A DNA stretch of 63,398 nt, the filler included, from Intoshia linei (Eukaryota; Animalia; Orthonectida): the NCBI GenBank assembly GCA_001642005.1. It is 4 parts of 4 records of this genome, joined end to end, with 100 filler letters (N's around TTAATTAATTAA, not from the genome) between each part and the next. Parts side by side here need not be neighbours in the genome. Positions count along the whole stretch, not along the records: positions 33,030 to 47,327 come from LWCA01000969.1; positions 47,428 to 63,398 come from LWCA01000885.1; 2 more parts are not named here. One strand, written 5' to 3'. Shown here in pieces: positions 38,301-52,230 of the stretch. The translations under genes were made by a program, and so were the position numbers. Positions within the stretch are counted from its first letter, which is position 1. Every line of letters starts with the position of its first letter. Under the pieces are notes generated by a model. It was given only the letters and a program-made list of their open reading frames with translations. It had not been told where the DNA came from and made no database searches.

Positions 38301-41300
38301 TTGATAGATTCGTTTTCGTGTTCTACGTTTTGTAACGAAATTAGAAACAGTAGAGAAATTTTTTTCATTTTGTGTTGACATAGGTTGAACTGTCATAAGG
38401 GCTTCCTTTAATTTTAACAATCTTGATGATAGCGTTCCAGTTCGTAACAACTCATAATATTATTCAAAACAATATTGGAAAAGAGGATAATTCCCCTAAG
38501 CGTTAGTAATTTGTGGTTGGAATAAGAGGTTTTTAAAAAAAGTATCGGAAAAAGGATATTTTTTTATTTTTTTCATAAGATTTCGTAAAATCGGAGTTTT
38601 AAAAAGAATATTGGTGTAAGACAATTTTTCCATGAGGGCTTGAAATGGTATTTTTGATTAAATTTTATTAGTGGTGGTATTTTTGAAATGGTAAATTTTA
38701 AATATTGTAATATAATCATATTTTCATAGTAATAACAAACATAAATCAAATACAGGTATGTCTCAATTTTTTTGGGAAATACCGGGAATTTTGTCTCGGT
38801 TTTTTTACCGGTACAATCACTAATATGCAGTGAAAAATAACTTAATATATTATCAACCAATATTATCTATTGTTGTATAACAGCGGTCGGCACCATTCAC
38901 CACAGAATACTTTTGATGGTTCTTTGAATAAATATGTTTATTACTTATTTTTAAATTTTTTAACTTTTGAACATCCTTTAAACATTTTATACTATAATTG
39001 GCTCATCATAATCATTTTAATACTGAATTTTCAGATCGCCCTGGATTTTATTTTGTTAAATATACTCGAACCGTTTCAGTTCAGTTAAAATTTAAATTTA
39101 TCATGAGTAAATTTTCAAAAACGGGGCCCGTCGAATTTATTGATATAAAAGTAACCCACAAAAAGAAAAAGGTTGCCGACCTATTTGTTGTATAGTTAAT
39201 AGTCAATTTAGTAAAATGTGTATATTAAAGTTGTCACATACCTGTAACACATGAATAATGAACAATAAGATATGAAGATAATTCTGATGGACACCTTGCA
39301 GCTTCACGCAAAGGTTTTATTGGGTTAATGAACTGACAAGACTTTTTACCACCACATTTATCAACTAAAATTGACAAAACATTAGCATGACATCTAAAAA
39401 TGTAATTAACAGTAAAAATACTACGATAAAATTTTTATTGAACCCTAATTTTAATGTGTTTTTTTTCTCATTTATTATGTCTATCTGAAATACTACAAAA
39501 AATTAATTAAAATTTTACGTTTTGGGGTATGAACCAGTACGTCGTCAAACAAAAGTAGGTCAACCAATTTTTCTTCTAAAATGAGCTCCCCATGTCGCCC
39601 ATATCCAGACCAAACCTTACACACGACAAGCATGCGAATATTTTACGAAATGCGGACATATCAGATATGATTTATAATGGTAAACCAATTTAGAACCTAA
39701 TTTTTTTATTTTTTTTTAATTTTAATCAAAGAGGGTATTGGATAGGATGGTTTCGGTTCAGTACTGATACCAAACCCATAGTGTAAAAAATAGTAATGAG
39801 TTTGAAATAATGATATTATTATTTCACCCAATATTTCCATATTTTTTTGAAATACATTTTCCATGGTTCATTCTACCATATATAGCTTTCTTTATCAATA
39901 ACTGTTTATTTTCAATACAGGTTATGTTGAAATTATCCCATTGGCAAACAATTATTTCTAAATAGATTTATATTTTTTTTGTTTTGTAAAAATAGTAACT
40001 GTCTGTTTTGTACCTTTGTTTGTAAATTAAAAAATTTAGTAATTGTAATGGACGTCTATTCTCTACAGCGACATTCATTTGAGCGATGTATTGTTGGAAC
40101 GATACATCATAGAGCGATATAATCATCGATTTTACTAAGTTATCATATTATTGATTTTTTATATAAAAATTTTTGGGTTTTTACAAGATTTTTTTTATAT
40201 ATTTTTATGATAATTTTTCGTCCAAAACTTTAAAGGATTTTTAAGGTAATATTTTTTTTTTACCCAAATTTTCGTCAAATTCGAAAAATTATCTTCAAAA
40301 TATTTAAAATATTTTCCCTTAAAAACCCTACCAAATCTTGGCACCAAAATTATTTTTAAAATATTTTAAAATCGGGTGAAAAAATAAATAATTATGTTGC
40401 ACTAAAAATACATCGCTCAAATTAATGTTGCTTAACTGAATGTTTGCCAACAGTAAAGTAGACCCCATATACAAATACATAAAAAATTTAGTTTATTTAA
40501 CCATTTTCTATTCTTTTTCATTTGTCATATAGCCCTAGCTCCCTCACCACAGCCATGACTACATGCTATCATGAAGAATCTTCATTGAATATTTTCTCAG
40601 ACAAAGATTTATGCTCAAATACTAACCATCAAAATTAAAATATGATAATGTAGTTTTTAGAAACCATTAACACACGAGTGGGTATTTGTTTTAATTTGTA
40701 CATTGTACAACAGTGGTTCTAAAGTTAAAAATCCATGTAATCTTAACTCAACAAAAAATTTTTTAATCACGTAATGGACTAAAAATTTGCATAAATAAAG
40801 ATTTGATAAACCTAAAAAGCGAAAATACCAATTTGTAAAATTTTAACAAATTTTAGAATTCTCATTAAAAAAAATACTATCGATCAGAGCCGAATCCATC
40901 ATAATGGAGACCCACCCGAAAGTCATAAATAGATCAATTAAAAATTAGAAAATGATGACTACCAAAACTACTGATATATAGCTCGAGCCATCTATTCGGA
41001 GTTCTGGACTTGACAGATTAAATTTGACACACAAAATAGTTCTAATTGTCCAAAATACTATACATATATATTTTAGAGTACTTATTGAGAATTGCTCAAT
41101 TTGGAAAAATGATGGCAGCATTTTACAAAAATTTTATCGAGGACCCTGAAGAGGTATCGATAAGATTCATTTAGCTCTGGCATCGATATTTACGATTCCT
41201 AGTTATCATTTTAACTTTAATTTAAGATTATGCAAATTCAAACATTTTGGTTGATAAAATATCTTTTTAACTGAATAAATACAAATTTCTGTGGTTGAAA

Positions 41301-42563
41301 TTTTTTTAAATCTAGGAATTTTAACTATTCAATATTTTTTCGTATTAATTTGCAAAATATTTGGTAATATAATGGTAATTTGACTTCTTGACCGTGCAGA
41401 TACACATTTTTGAGAATTTTTAATCTATGAATAAACAGTTTTTATTAACAACTCACTAGAAAAAAGTGGATTAAAAAAAGTATTTTAAAAATTCTAGGAA
41501 TGCTAGTTTTTAAATAATCGGGAATACCTACGTGTAAATTAGTGGTTCCCATCAAATAGAGTACGGACCCCATTCAAAATATTTAGTTTTTGGACCCATG
41601 ACATTTTGGAAACATGAAATATAAAATATATATAAAAAATTAGATATTTTCAAAAATATATCGGTAAAAGGTGATTTTTCGATGTTTTTAAAATTATTTA
41701 CCCAAATGTTAAACAAAAAATTAAGATGGAATAATTTACTTTAAAGTAAAAAGTAATGTAATATGATGGTTCCACCTGACACAAATTTGGGAACCACTCC
41801 TTTAAAGGATTGATAATAGTAAATAGTAGGATTTTTAAGTTAGATTTTCAACGTGAATTTATTTTTTAAGTATAATAAAAATGTGCCCTCGGCAGAGCTA
41901 GGTCCTGTTTGTACGTAGTACATAACAGTCAACCTAGTTCTATAAAAATAAACAAAAGTTGATAAATTTTTTTATATTTTATTTAAATCTCACGGGGTCC
42001 AGAGACACTAATTGAGAACTACTGGTTTAGATCAAAGTACTCGAAAAATAGGATTTTTTCTTCATGGTTGATAAAATTTTGGTTTTTTATTTTGTGGTTG
42101 GATTAATAGCTTTTACTCGTAAAGTTTGGTAAAATTCAAGTTTTCAAAAAAATGTAGAAAAAGAGATTTTACCTTAGATTAATGTTTATGCCATAAAGTT
42201 AGTAACTTGGATTTTCTATTCTGCGGTTGGATTAAAAGGTTTTAATAAAATCATATAAGGAATTGTTACATAAAGGGCTTGAAATTATTAAATTAATGGT
42301 CGCATAAAAGTGAGATTTTTTGAATAATAATTTAGCAGTTGTCTAGGCTTTGGGATGAAATTCCAACATCTGCCAACTCTGCAATAACGTATTTTACAAC
42401 CATAGAAAAATCTTTTAATTTTGCACGTAAAACCTTTGGAAATACCGATCTGTGAAAAAAAGGTTGTCAACCGCTGCATTATAAGATATTACATAGGTAC
42501 CATTTATTCTTCCTGTAATAATATACAAATAAATAATAATAATATTTTTACAGTAATAAACAT
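35323..42563 (-). CDS. Single-pass membrane protein: SUEL/Gal_lectin domain, CUB-like region, Cys-rich sushi-like module, TM, short tail
   Basis: Exons ~39830-39955 and ~39242-39393 read VCQWDNFNITC...IKKAIYGRMNHGKC...GCHANVLSILVDKCGGKKSCQF...CPSELSSYLIVHYSCV, with SUEL cysteine spacing and the YGR motif. Further exons lie at ~37430-37726, ~36752-36948, ~36400-36555 and 36213-36269. TM GIILISAMGTFLGLIFGIVSLIGVYFF is followed by basic QKRLKRKRK; stop at 35323. The first exon is uncertain (42563 or 43967). Confidence 0.72.
35770..36058 (-). mobile_element. Helitron-like copy, 5' part with duplicated head
   Basis: TCCTTACTTATATAAC 5' end ~14 nt after the TM exon donor; head segment tandemly repeated. 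Confidence 0.72.
38091..38822 (-). mobile_element. Deleted hAT element with transposase dimerization-domain remnant
   Basis: TIRs TAGTGATTGT / ACAATCACTA; 8-bp TSD atacgcag/atatgcag; ORF LMTVQPMSTQNEKNFSTVSNFVTKRRTR resembles the hATC PxTSxxxERxFS motif. Confidence 0.82.
40050..40448. mobile_element. MITE/foldback element with long TIRs
   Basis: GCGACATTCATTTGAGCGATGTATT ... AATACATCGCTCAAATTAATGTTGC; related termini at ~54320-54337 and ~60693. Confidence 0.65.
40884..41179. mobile_element. hAT-type MITE
   Basis: Termini CAGAGC...GCTCTG; TSD-like ctatcgat/gcatcgat; related copy at ~4590-4707. Confidence 0.55.
41690..41937 (+). mobile_element. Helitron-like copy, 3' part
   Basis: 3' terminus GCCCTCGGCAGAGCTAGGTCCTGTTTGTACGTAGTACATAACAGTCAACCTAG|T is identical to that at 10442-10494. 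Confidence 0.8.
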
Positions 42564-45500
42564 ATTTACTATTTTGTACTAATTGATCTTTTCTAAAAAT
42601 ATTTGTATACTGTTAGGGGGGTCGACAATATATTTTTTTGGAACCACTAGTCTAGGATAAGAAATAAATTCACAACATCTGGCAATTCTGTAATAAATAT
42701 TAAAAATTCTCCTATAAAAATAAAAAAAATTGATAAAAACTATTTTTATATTTTATTGTTATTGTTTTATTGTTATATTATTGTTGTTATTATATTATTG
42801 AAATCTCCAAACCCCATCCATATGGTTTTGGACCCAATGGGTCCAAGACCCCTATCTAAAACCACTGATGTAGATATTCAGATTATGGGATTAAATTAAT
42901 CTTTTATGAATAAATTTGCTAATAAAAATGAATAAAAACAAGTATTAAATTCTAATCATAATATTAATTAAGTAGTTGTGATTTTTTGCTAATTATTACA
43001 ATAGTAATCAATACAATACTAATTATTACTAGCGGACTTTCTAGAAATTTATACGGACCCTGGGGGTTCATAGACTCTAGTTTAAGAAACACTAGTGTAC
43101 ACCATAACTGCCTCTGCGTAATAGTAAATACATGGATATATTAGGGCGAATAAAGGTATTTCATTTTATACGAATTGTAATGAAATAAAAATTTACTGGC
43201 AAGTATTGATTTTTGCGGTGTGAGTGGGTAAAACCTAAAAATATCTATTGTACAGGGCTCCACCAGTTCTCACTCACGATAGAATTTGTCATGCATTTAA
43301 TAAACTTTTAATTATCACAAATGTACGGAATAATTAACAGTGATGAATAAAAATGTACTCCAATGACATTTATGAAGTGTACAATGTACATCAATTGAAT
43401 AAGTACTACTATTTGTAAATGTAAAAAAATTATTAATAAGTATATATTGATAAGATGTAATAATTGTTTATGCTGATAATTTGAAATAATGATTTCTTTT
43501 TATAACATGGGAAGTGTTAAATGGATTTGTCACCTAATTGAATTGAATACGGCATACGATTAGATAATTATCTACCATGCGTGTTTATTTCAAGTTTTCT
43601 TTGATTATGCTTGTTACAGAGGTTTAATTTGGTAATTTTGTAATAGTTTAGAAAAATCAATATATTGACAAACTACCATGTTACATACACAATTTGGTTA
43701 ATTAAATGGTCGGCAATTTGCTCATCATCTTGTATAATCAAGTGTAAAATTATGGGATGCGTTAATTAAAAACAATTCAAACAAAATGCAGGCATATGGT
43801 TGTTATTGAAAAAGTATTGCAGATTCAAGCTTAAAACTTTAAAATAAATATGTATAGAATATAAAATAAAATTTATTTATCCACCATAAATATAAAATAA
43901 TGATACCTTTATATTCAATAGATGTAGTCACAAAGGAGATGGACATTACAATAAAAAGGATTGACATACCTAAAAGAAAATAAATGATGACTAGTGAATA
44001 ATATAAGTAAAATTAGAAAATAAGTTTTCCGTCCAATTTTTCAAAAATGCATATCACAATATTCCTGAAAAACAAGTCACAAAATGGGTCGACGACTTTT
44101 AAATTAAACTTCATAGTCCATTCTTAAATATTAAATCTTACCTTAAATTCAATAAATCATTAATAACATTGTAAACAAAAGTATGGGTAATTTTAGCAAA
44201 ACAGAAAATTTAGAAAAAATATAAAAACCTATTGACTGTCAATCTTTAAAAATGAAATGAGTATTCTATTTGAAATTTCTTAAATTTAACATTTCAACAT
44301 TCAGTTTTGTAAAATTAAATTTCTAGTACTGAAAATTTCAATTACAGCAATTTTTATTTGTAATTATTTTTGACTATTGGACTAGTAATGAGTATAGAGA
44401 ATAAGTATTATTTGATTGATTAATTTTTTCAAGGGTTTAGTTTCATCGATTAATTGTTGAAACGCCTCTAAATTGTCAATATTTATATTAATTTGGCGTG
44501 TTATATAATTTGGTTTTTAAGATTTATGCAGTAATCTTGTTTCGTTTACTTGTTTATACCATTTCGTCACTTTAATTGTCTACTTGTCTTCTGTATCTCA
44601 TTTACACTCCTTTTTGGTAAATTGTTTCTTACATTTTGCTTATCAAATGTCAAAATATTAATACAAGATGTACTGCAACATAATCAAAATTTATATTTAT
44701 GAAATTGATATTTTTTCCATATGGAATTTATTAATTTTTATTACTCAAAAATATTGTCAAAAATTTACATTATTATATTTCGTGTTAGTGTTCGCATCGA
44801 GTTTACAAAATGTAAATATTTCGTATTTTAAGTTTTTAACTAACTAATCTTTAATTAATCTTTAAGTTAATTGAATTAATTTTTATTAAACTAAATTTTT
44901 GATTAAACGTTAAATGCATGATTTTTTTCAAATTGTAGGATGCATAATATACAAGGCTGGCCGATTTGCTGGTTTTGATCACCAACAAAAACAATGCTGG
45001 TAACTTAACCGGTACCAGCAATTTTTTTTAAATATATAAATGACAAATTTCTAAAATATAAACTAAATACAATGACGTTTGAGAGCTCACATTTTTAATA
45101 TTTAGAACTAAGTACTCGGAAAAAAAGATTTTTCCTTCATAGATGCTAAAATTTTGGTTTTTATTTTGTAGTTGGATTAAGAGTTTTTTCTCGTAAGGAT
45201 TGGTAAAATTCGATTTTTTTGGGTTTTGGATAAAAGTTTTTTTCTCACGGTTTGAAGGTTTTTTTTAAATCATAAGCGGATTTTTAAATAAATGGCTAGA
45301 AAGGGTATTTTTACTTAAATATTATTAAATTTTAAAAATTTTTAAATAATAATTTAGCGGTCGTCTAGGCTTTGGGATAAAATTCCAACATCTGGCAACT
45401 CTCCAATAATGTAGTTTACAAAAATAAACCAATTTTTTAATTTTGCTGATAATAAAACCAAAAATGCTGGTAGTAATACCAGTTTTTAAAACCTATCCAA

Positions 45501-47979
45501 CAATTTATGTAGTAGAAAAATCTATAATAATTTTATTTTTTAAAAAAAAAGTAATTTGTTGTTTTCGCCGTGAAGATATAAGATTTTGTAATTTATTATC
45601 AGATTGATAGTTTTAAAATCTTAATCAGATATTTTATTTTTGATAATTATATGACTAGTTTGAAATTGAAAAAAGGTTAATAGGATTTTTGGCTTTAAGG
45701 ATTCAATGTCTGATAATTCAATTTGGTAAAACATTACCCTTGAAAAGCTGTAATAGAAATTTTTATTATTAAAACTCTACAACTATTATTTTCTTAAATA
45801 AATGGTAACAAATAAATAAATAAACAACATATATTTTCAACTAACAATAACTGTAAATTATTATTAAGATACTAGAATTTATCTGCTAATGAGTCATTAA
45901 GGTAGAATATATGTTTATTTAAGTATACACTTATTTATATATAGATTTATTTGCTTAAAACTTAAGATATTCTAAAGTATAATAAAAACAACTTTAAAAT
46001 TCTATATTATAAACATTTTATAAGTATATATAAACATTTAGACTGTTATTTTCGATATAAAACAATATTACTGTGACATGGAAGTATCATAATTTATATT
46101 AAAGTTTTATATACTACAATAACTAGAGCTTTAATTCTCGAAAAAAAATAATTGGTAAAATCGGAGCTACGTTGTCCATATCAGAAAAAAATTTAAAAGA
46201 AATTGTTCGATGGAATTAGATAATTATTATAATACATATGGTTTTATACATTTTAAAAAAATTATAATTTTATATTAAATTTACATAACAAATATAAAGC
46301 CGTAATAATACAGTCTCATCAAATTGTGATTAACCCATTAAAACAACATGTATATAAAATGAATAAATCTCTACAACTAGTATCAAATTAGAACCATCAG
46401 ATCCCATTACCGGCCCATTATTCTTATTTACAAAAAAAAAAATTTTGTTAAAAATAATCTGAATTTTTCAAAAAAAAAAATTTTAAAGCAATTCTGGTAC
46501 GATTATAATCATTGATTTAAAAAAATTGTCATGTATGTTTTATAGTGTTTTTATTTTCCCGTCATTCTGTAAGAACATTTCCCATTGCTCTCATTGGGTA
46601 ATTTCACACATTGAGAGCAACATTTTTAATAAATAATGATTGAAATAAAATTTTATGATAAGTAATTACTGATTAGCCTCACCGTGCTTGTAACCCGATT
46701 ACCATTGAAAATGTAAAGATTGAGCCTCAACAAAAATTAGATGGATATTATATATACAAAAATAGAAAACCTCCACAAAATTTAGAAAAAAGATGCATTC
46801 CAAAGGTATATCATACATTTATTCTAAATTTAAAGCTAAATTCACTTAAACTCACTTAAAAATAAATACATTTTGAATTTAAAATAAATGCCACTGTTTA
46901 TCCATTATGCGATTAAATTATAATTAGACTAATCATTAGTGGAAACTTTCCACTAGAAAGCATTATATGAAAATTAAAGATTCAAACTTGGGTTTTCTTT
47001 TTACGAACTATATAACAAATTTGATTAATATAATGGATTTTGTATTGTATTTATCGCTTTAAATTTTAATTAAAAAACTCTTTGAACATAAAGAACACTG
47101 TGGTTTGTCAAATTTATCAATATTATTTGTTTTTGTGAATCCATAACGAATATAATCATCTCTCTATTTTCTTTTTGTGACATAAGTTAATATTACATAT
47201 TAAAATATTTTAAAATGTTAAAATAAAATAAACAGAATTTTACATTAATTTAATTTTCAAAACTTCATTAAAGTTAAAAAAATATAGCTGTAAAATAATT
47301 TTTATTCAAAAATTTTCTGGTACCCCTNNNNNNNNNNNNNNNNNNNNNNNNNNNNNNNNNNNNNNNNNNNNTTAATTAATTAANNNNNNNNNNNNNNNNN
47401 NNNNNNNNNNNNNNNNNNNNNNNNNNNTATAAAATTTAATTGTATTTATATATTGTTAAAAAGTAGTTCATTATATGTGGAGTGGGTACCGGAACTTTAC
47501 TGATTTAACCCTTTTTCTAGCAATATTATTAAATAATATATTGCTACATTCAAATATAACGTTTGGATTAGTCCACTATTTCTTATACTAGGTTTAGGTA
47601 ACACCAGAAAAGCCATTGATATTCGTGTTGTTCACAGTCTAATTTAAATTAAATTTCATAAAGTTTTGAAAATTTACATTGTAAATGAACAATCACGGGC
47701 AACATTAGATATATGACAATTTTCAATTGATTTGACAATTTCATTCTAAATTTTCATGTTTTATTTCGTAATGAGTACAAACATTAATTAATAAAAACTG
47801 CAATTAACAAGCTTGGGTTGAGATGGATCTGAGATATTTCATTTAAATAAATAATATATTAATTTATTTAAATTTATTTAATAAATGTAAAATAATATGA
47901 AAATCTGTCAACTTCCAAATTTAACATGTAAATTTCATCCCAATTTTATTAAAAATAAACATAAAGATACACATTACCA

Positions 47980-48927
47980 GGGATGACCGCTTTGCTATTA
48001 ATATTAATAGCAGTTCTGAGGTAATAATAGCAAACAGCGCTGCTGTCCAAATAAAAAGCAGCTGTTAATAGTGTTTTTAAAAAAATTAATATTCATGTTT
48101 TAATTATTGTATCTGGTGAAATGTTTTGGTTAATTGATTGCATCAAGGTGATACATTAATATTCAATACTCCTATTATTAAACTGTTTAAGGCGGCATAA
48201 AGGGGTGTGAGTATAATTATTTGGGAGGCATTGTAAAAGACACTATTATTTGACCTTTTCAGTTAGATGATTGAGTCAAAATTAATTCTAAAACATACTG
48301 CGCGTTTTTAAAAAATAACGATTTTTCGTGGATAAAAAAAAAGGAAAAAGCTTTCTTAAAAATTTCATTTTTTATGCATGATTATGCCCCAAGTCACGCA
48401 TCTCATCATACAAAAGAATATCTTTGATTAAATGGCTATGGATCAGAAAAAATAATGTGTTGGCCGCTAAATTCTCCCGATCTTAATTGTATTGAAAATC
48501 TATGGACAATAATTAAAAAAAAGATATACAGTAGAAATAAACAATACCAATCAAAAACGATCTACGGCATGCAATTTTGACAGAAATCAAAACAATCGAT
48601 GCAAAAACAACTGAAAACCTCACAAAATCCATGGATAAACTACTTTTTTTTGTAATATCTCGGAAAGGTGGGTATAATAATATGTAAACTTTAATTACAT
48701 TTTTTTGTGTGAATTTGGTTTAAATTACAATATATTATATTATTTAAATATTTAAAAATATTTATTTATTCGTATTAACATTGAAATTATTGTTTAATAT
48801 TCATTTGCATAATAATTTGTCACACCAAAAATCACAAATATGATAAAAAAATTAATAAAATTAAGTAACTACTTTTTAAATTATTATTGTTTTTGAATGT
48901 TTGCATAATAACTTGGAACGCAGTGTA
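47980..48927 (+). mobile_element. Tc1-like (DD34E) transposon remnant with right end
   Basis: FIFMHDYAPSHAS...IMCWPLNSPDLNCIENLWTIIKK with internal stops. It ends GCAGTG-TA, and the motif TTTGCATAATAA recurs at ~48804 and ~48900 (IR/DR-like). Confidence 0.88.
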
Positions 48928-49189
48928 TGTATGTATTTTAAAAACGCTTTAGGGTAAATTCCAGTTTTTTCCATTAAAAATTGGTAAAAGTGGGTTTTCT
49001 CATAAGGGTTGGTAAAATTTGGATTTTTCCTTAGAAATTTGTAAAAGTAGATTTTTAGTGAAAATGGTTGGATTTTAGTAAAAATGGTTGGGTTTCAGAT
49101 TATTCTCATTTACAATCATTACGTAAAGTTAAATTTAATTTTTAAATGACTGTGCTTGAAATTGTGAATAAAAAGTTCATATTGAGTGG

Positions 49190-49375
49190 GCTTAAACTAA
49201 ACAAGACCCAAACCGTGTTATGAAGAATGAAGGTGTGTCGAAAATGGGGTGGAATGGTGACCAATTGAAGGTGATGGTGGATACTGGTGCAAGTGACAGC
49301 TTTGTGAACGGTAAATTGGAGACAAATTGTAAAAAATTTAGTTCTGAATCGAGGAAATGTACAATTTGAATAAAA
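49190..49375 (+). mobile_element. Retroelement aspartic-protease fragment
   Basis: The plus frame reads WNGDQLKVMVDTGASDSFVNGKL (retropepsin DTGA motif). Confidence 0.7.
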
Positions 49376-49805
49376 TAATGAACTTCCATAATATTTACAA
49401 TGGCGTAGTCACAATTTTACAAAAAATCATTGATTATTAAAAAATTCATTATTGACAAGTCTGATTGTATTTATTTTCCACTTCTCTTATTTTATTATTT
49501 TTACAATTAATAGTTTTAATAATAATTTTTTGTGTGTTAAGTTAACACTGTTAACTGGAAATAACTGTATAAACTTATATGTTTTTTAAAAAAATACTCG
49601 GGCTCAGACCGAGTATCTCGAGTGGTAGAATCGTCACTAGATACATGATGTATACATCTGCTGTAGAAGTTACCCAGTATTCACAATGTATATGGTTACC
49701 TTGTTTAATGTTACGAATTAACGTAAGTAAAAGATTGTTTGTCATCTCCAGGTTTTTACAATATACAAGAATTGTAATTTTTGCAAAAATAAATTCTATC
49801 ATTTG

Positions 49806-52230
49806 ATGACTACAACTTCTGAGTTAGATGTCAATGTACCTACAGGACCAAACTCTTTAAATGTAAATTCCAAACAAGTAAATAATATTCTCGGTGAGTA
49901 TGATTTACCTGATGAAACAAAATTGGGTAGTTATATTCCCACCCTTGCAGTACACGATGGAGCATTTCATTGTGATGATGTAATGGCAATAGCAATGTTA
50001 AAAGTTATTCCAAGATTAACTGACGCCAAAATAGTGAGATCTAGAAATTTTGAAGTTTTAAACGAATGTGATTATGTTATGGATGTAGGTGGTGTATATA
50101 ATCACTCTGAAAGACGATATGATCATCACCAGCGTGGGTTTAACGAAAGTGTTTCATCTTTGGACCCGACTAAACTTTCAACGGTCAAGTTAAGTAGCGC
50201 TGGATTAATATTTTATCATTATGGACTTGAAATCATTGCCGCTGTTATTAATGATCATCCAAATGTAGATAAATGTTTGGTTATATTTGATAAAATGTAC
50301 ACTTCATTCATTCAAGAAATTGACGGAATTGATAATGGAATTAATCCTTATCCAAATATAAGTCAGTCTCCATTGTAATTTTTATTTTCTTAAAATTTAA
50401 CAACTCTAGGTATACAATTAATACTGGACTATCAAAAAGAATTTCTAGAATGAATCCTACTTCAGATGATAATTATGATGTAATTTTTTCATTAACCATA
50501 TATAACATAGTACATGCTATACATCATTTCAAACTTAAATACTGGTGGCCCCATTATAAAACATTTTCTAGTTATATATTAATATTTACGTTTTTTTGGC
50601 AACACCGAAAAAACTTTCCAAAAGTCATATTACCTATTTATCATAATTAGGGAAAAGTAATTTTAATGTATTATATGAATAATTTAATATATAATTGTAA
50701 TACAATCCATGTATACATGGAATATTTTTAATTATTCATTTAACATTTTACTTGTTGAAATTGTTTTACAGGAACATTTTTTAAAGGCAGTGGACTACGC
50801 ACAAAAGGAATTTGTGGCCACTGTAAAATATTATGCAGATTCTTGGTATTCAACATATGAGATTGTTAAATTTGCCATTAATGACAGATTTGCGGTAATA
50901 AAATGTAATTTAATTTATTATGTAATGTATATTAGATTCACGAAAGCGGAGCTGTCCTAGAATTAGATATAAAAGGAAACTTTAGAGAGCATATTTTAAC
51001 AGTTGAAAAAGATTTGGGAATTGAAGGACAAATATTATTCGTCATTATAGAAAAAAGTGACAGTTGGAGAGTTAGCTGTGTACCGGTTCGACTGGATTCA
51101 TTTGAATCTAGGTAAATTATATGAAATAGGTACAGAAACTTTTTTTAGACAGGCCACATACTTGCATAACTAACATAATCAGGTTAGACCCACTAGATGT
51201 GAAACTAAGCGGTTATTGACTGAAAATTTTTCTTTTTTGAGAAATTTATATTTTGCTCTAGAGTCTAGACCAGCCATTCTCAACGGGGTCCACAGTACTT
51301 TTTTGGAGGTCCATGAAAACTATATACATTTATTACGTATTATAGACATTTTCAGTAACATAAAGTCGTTTTTAAAACATAAATACTCAGAAATACTAAT
51401 ATAAAACGTGGAAATCATGTAAAAGTAAATTTTTTGGTATTAAATTAAATTACTTACAAGTGTAAAAACTTATTGGGATACCTCCATTGTTCTTTTTTAG
51501 GAGCAGTGTTTTTATTGAATTATTTTATTAAAATTTATGACTGAACCAAGTTTCTAGTCATAAAAAAAGCTTTAAATTTCAAATTGAAATTGGGACAAAA
51601 AATTCAGTCAATATTAATGATTCTATGAAACATCAACCAAAGGATATAAAATATTAATTTTTCACAAGGAAGATAGATAATATAGATTTTTTATTGATCT
51701 GATAAAATATGTAGTAAACAATTAATAATGTACTGTAAACAATACCTGAAAAACATGTTCGATTTTATGAACATTGACGGGTTAAAGGTAAATATTAATA
51801 GTTCATCACGTTTATCATCTCGCAAAAATAGAGTACTCCATGTCTTTTGATCATCATTTGTTTCACCCAAATGTAATGATTCATTAAAAATTGTCATTAT
51901 TATTAATTTTTTTGGGGTCCACAGCGAAAAAGAGTTGAGAATACCTGGTCTAGATTATACAATATACCTTGATGACCTGGTATATGTTAAAAAGTTGTTA
52001 AATTAATCAATTTATTTTGGAAAAAAATATATTATTTAAGTGTGTGAAAAATTAGTAATATATAATTTAGAAAGCCTTTACTCGAGGAATGGAGAGGATA
52101 TCACAATAATGACTTGCAAAACATATGCGGCATCCCAGATGCAGTATTTGTCCACCATTCTGGGTTTTGCGGTGGTTGTATATCCAAAGAAAGCACTTTA
52201 AAAATGATAGAAATGACCTTAAACCTGTAA
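49806..52230 (+). CDS. MYG1: MYG1 exonuclease (UPF0160, DHH family); exons 49806-50374, 50411-50479, 50772-50894, 50935-51111, 52071-52230
   Basis: LAVHDGAFHCDDVMA, VMDVGGVYN...YDHHQRGF, KLSSAGLIFYHYG, FIQEIDGIDNGI, WRVSCVP...FESRKPLLEEWRG, GIPDAVFVHHSGFCGG; in-frame GT-AG joins. Confidence 0.95.
51271..51947. mobile_element. hAT (Buster/Charlie-type) non-autonomous element in MYG1 intron
   Basis: TIRs CAGCCATTCTCAAC / GTTGAGAATACCTG; TSD gtctagac/gtctagat (nTCTAGAn target preference). Confidence 0.82.
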
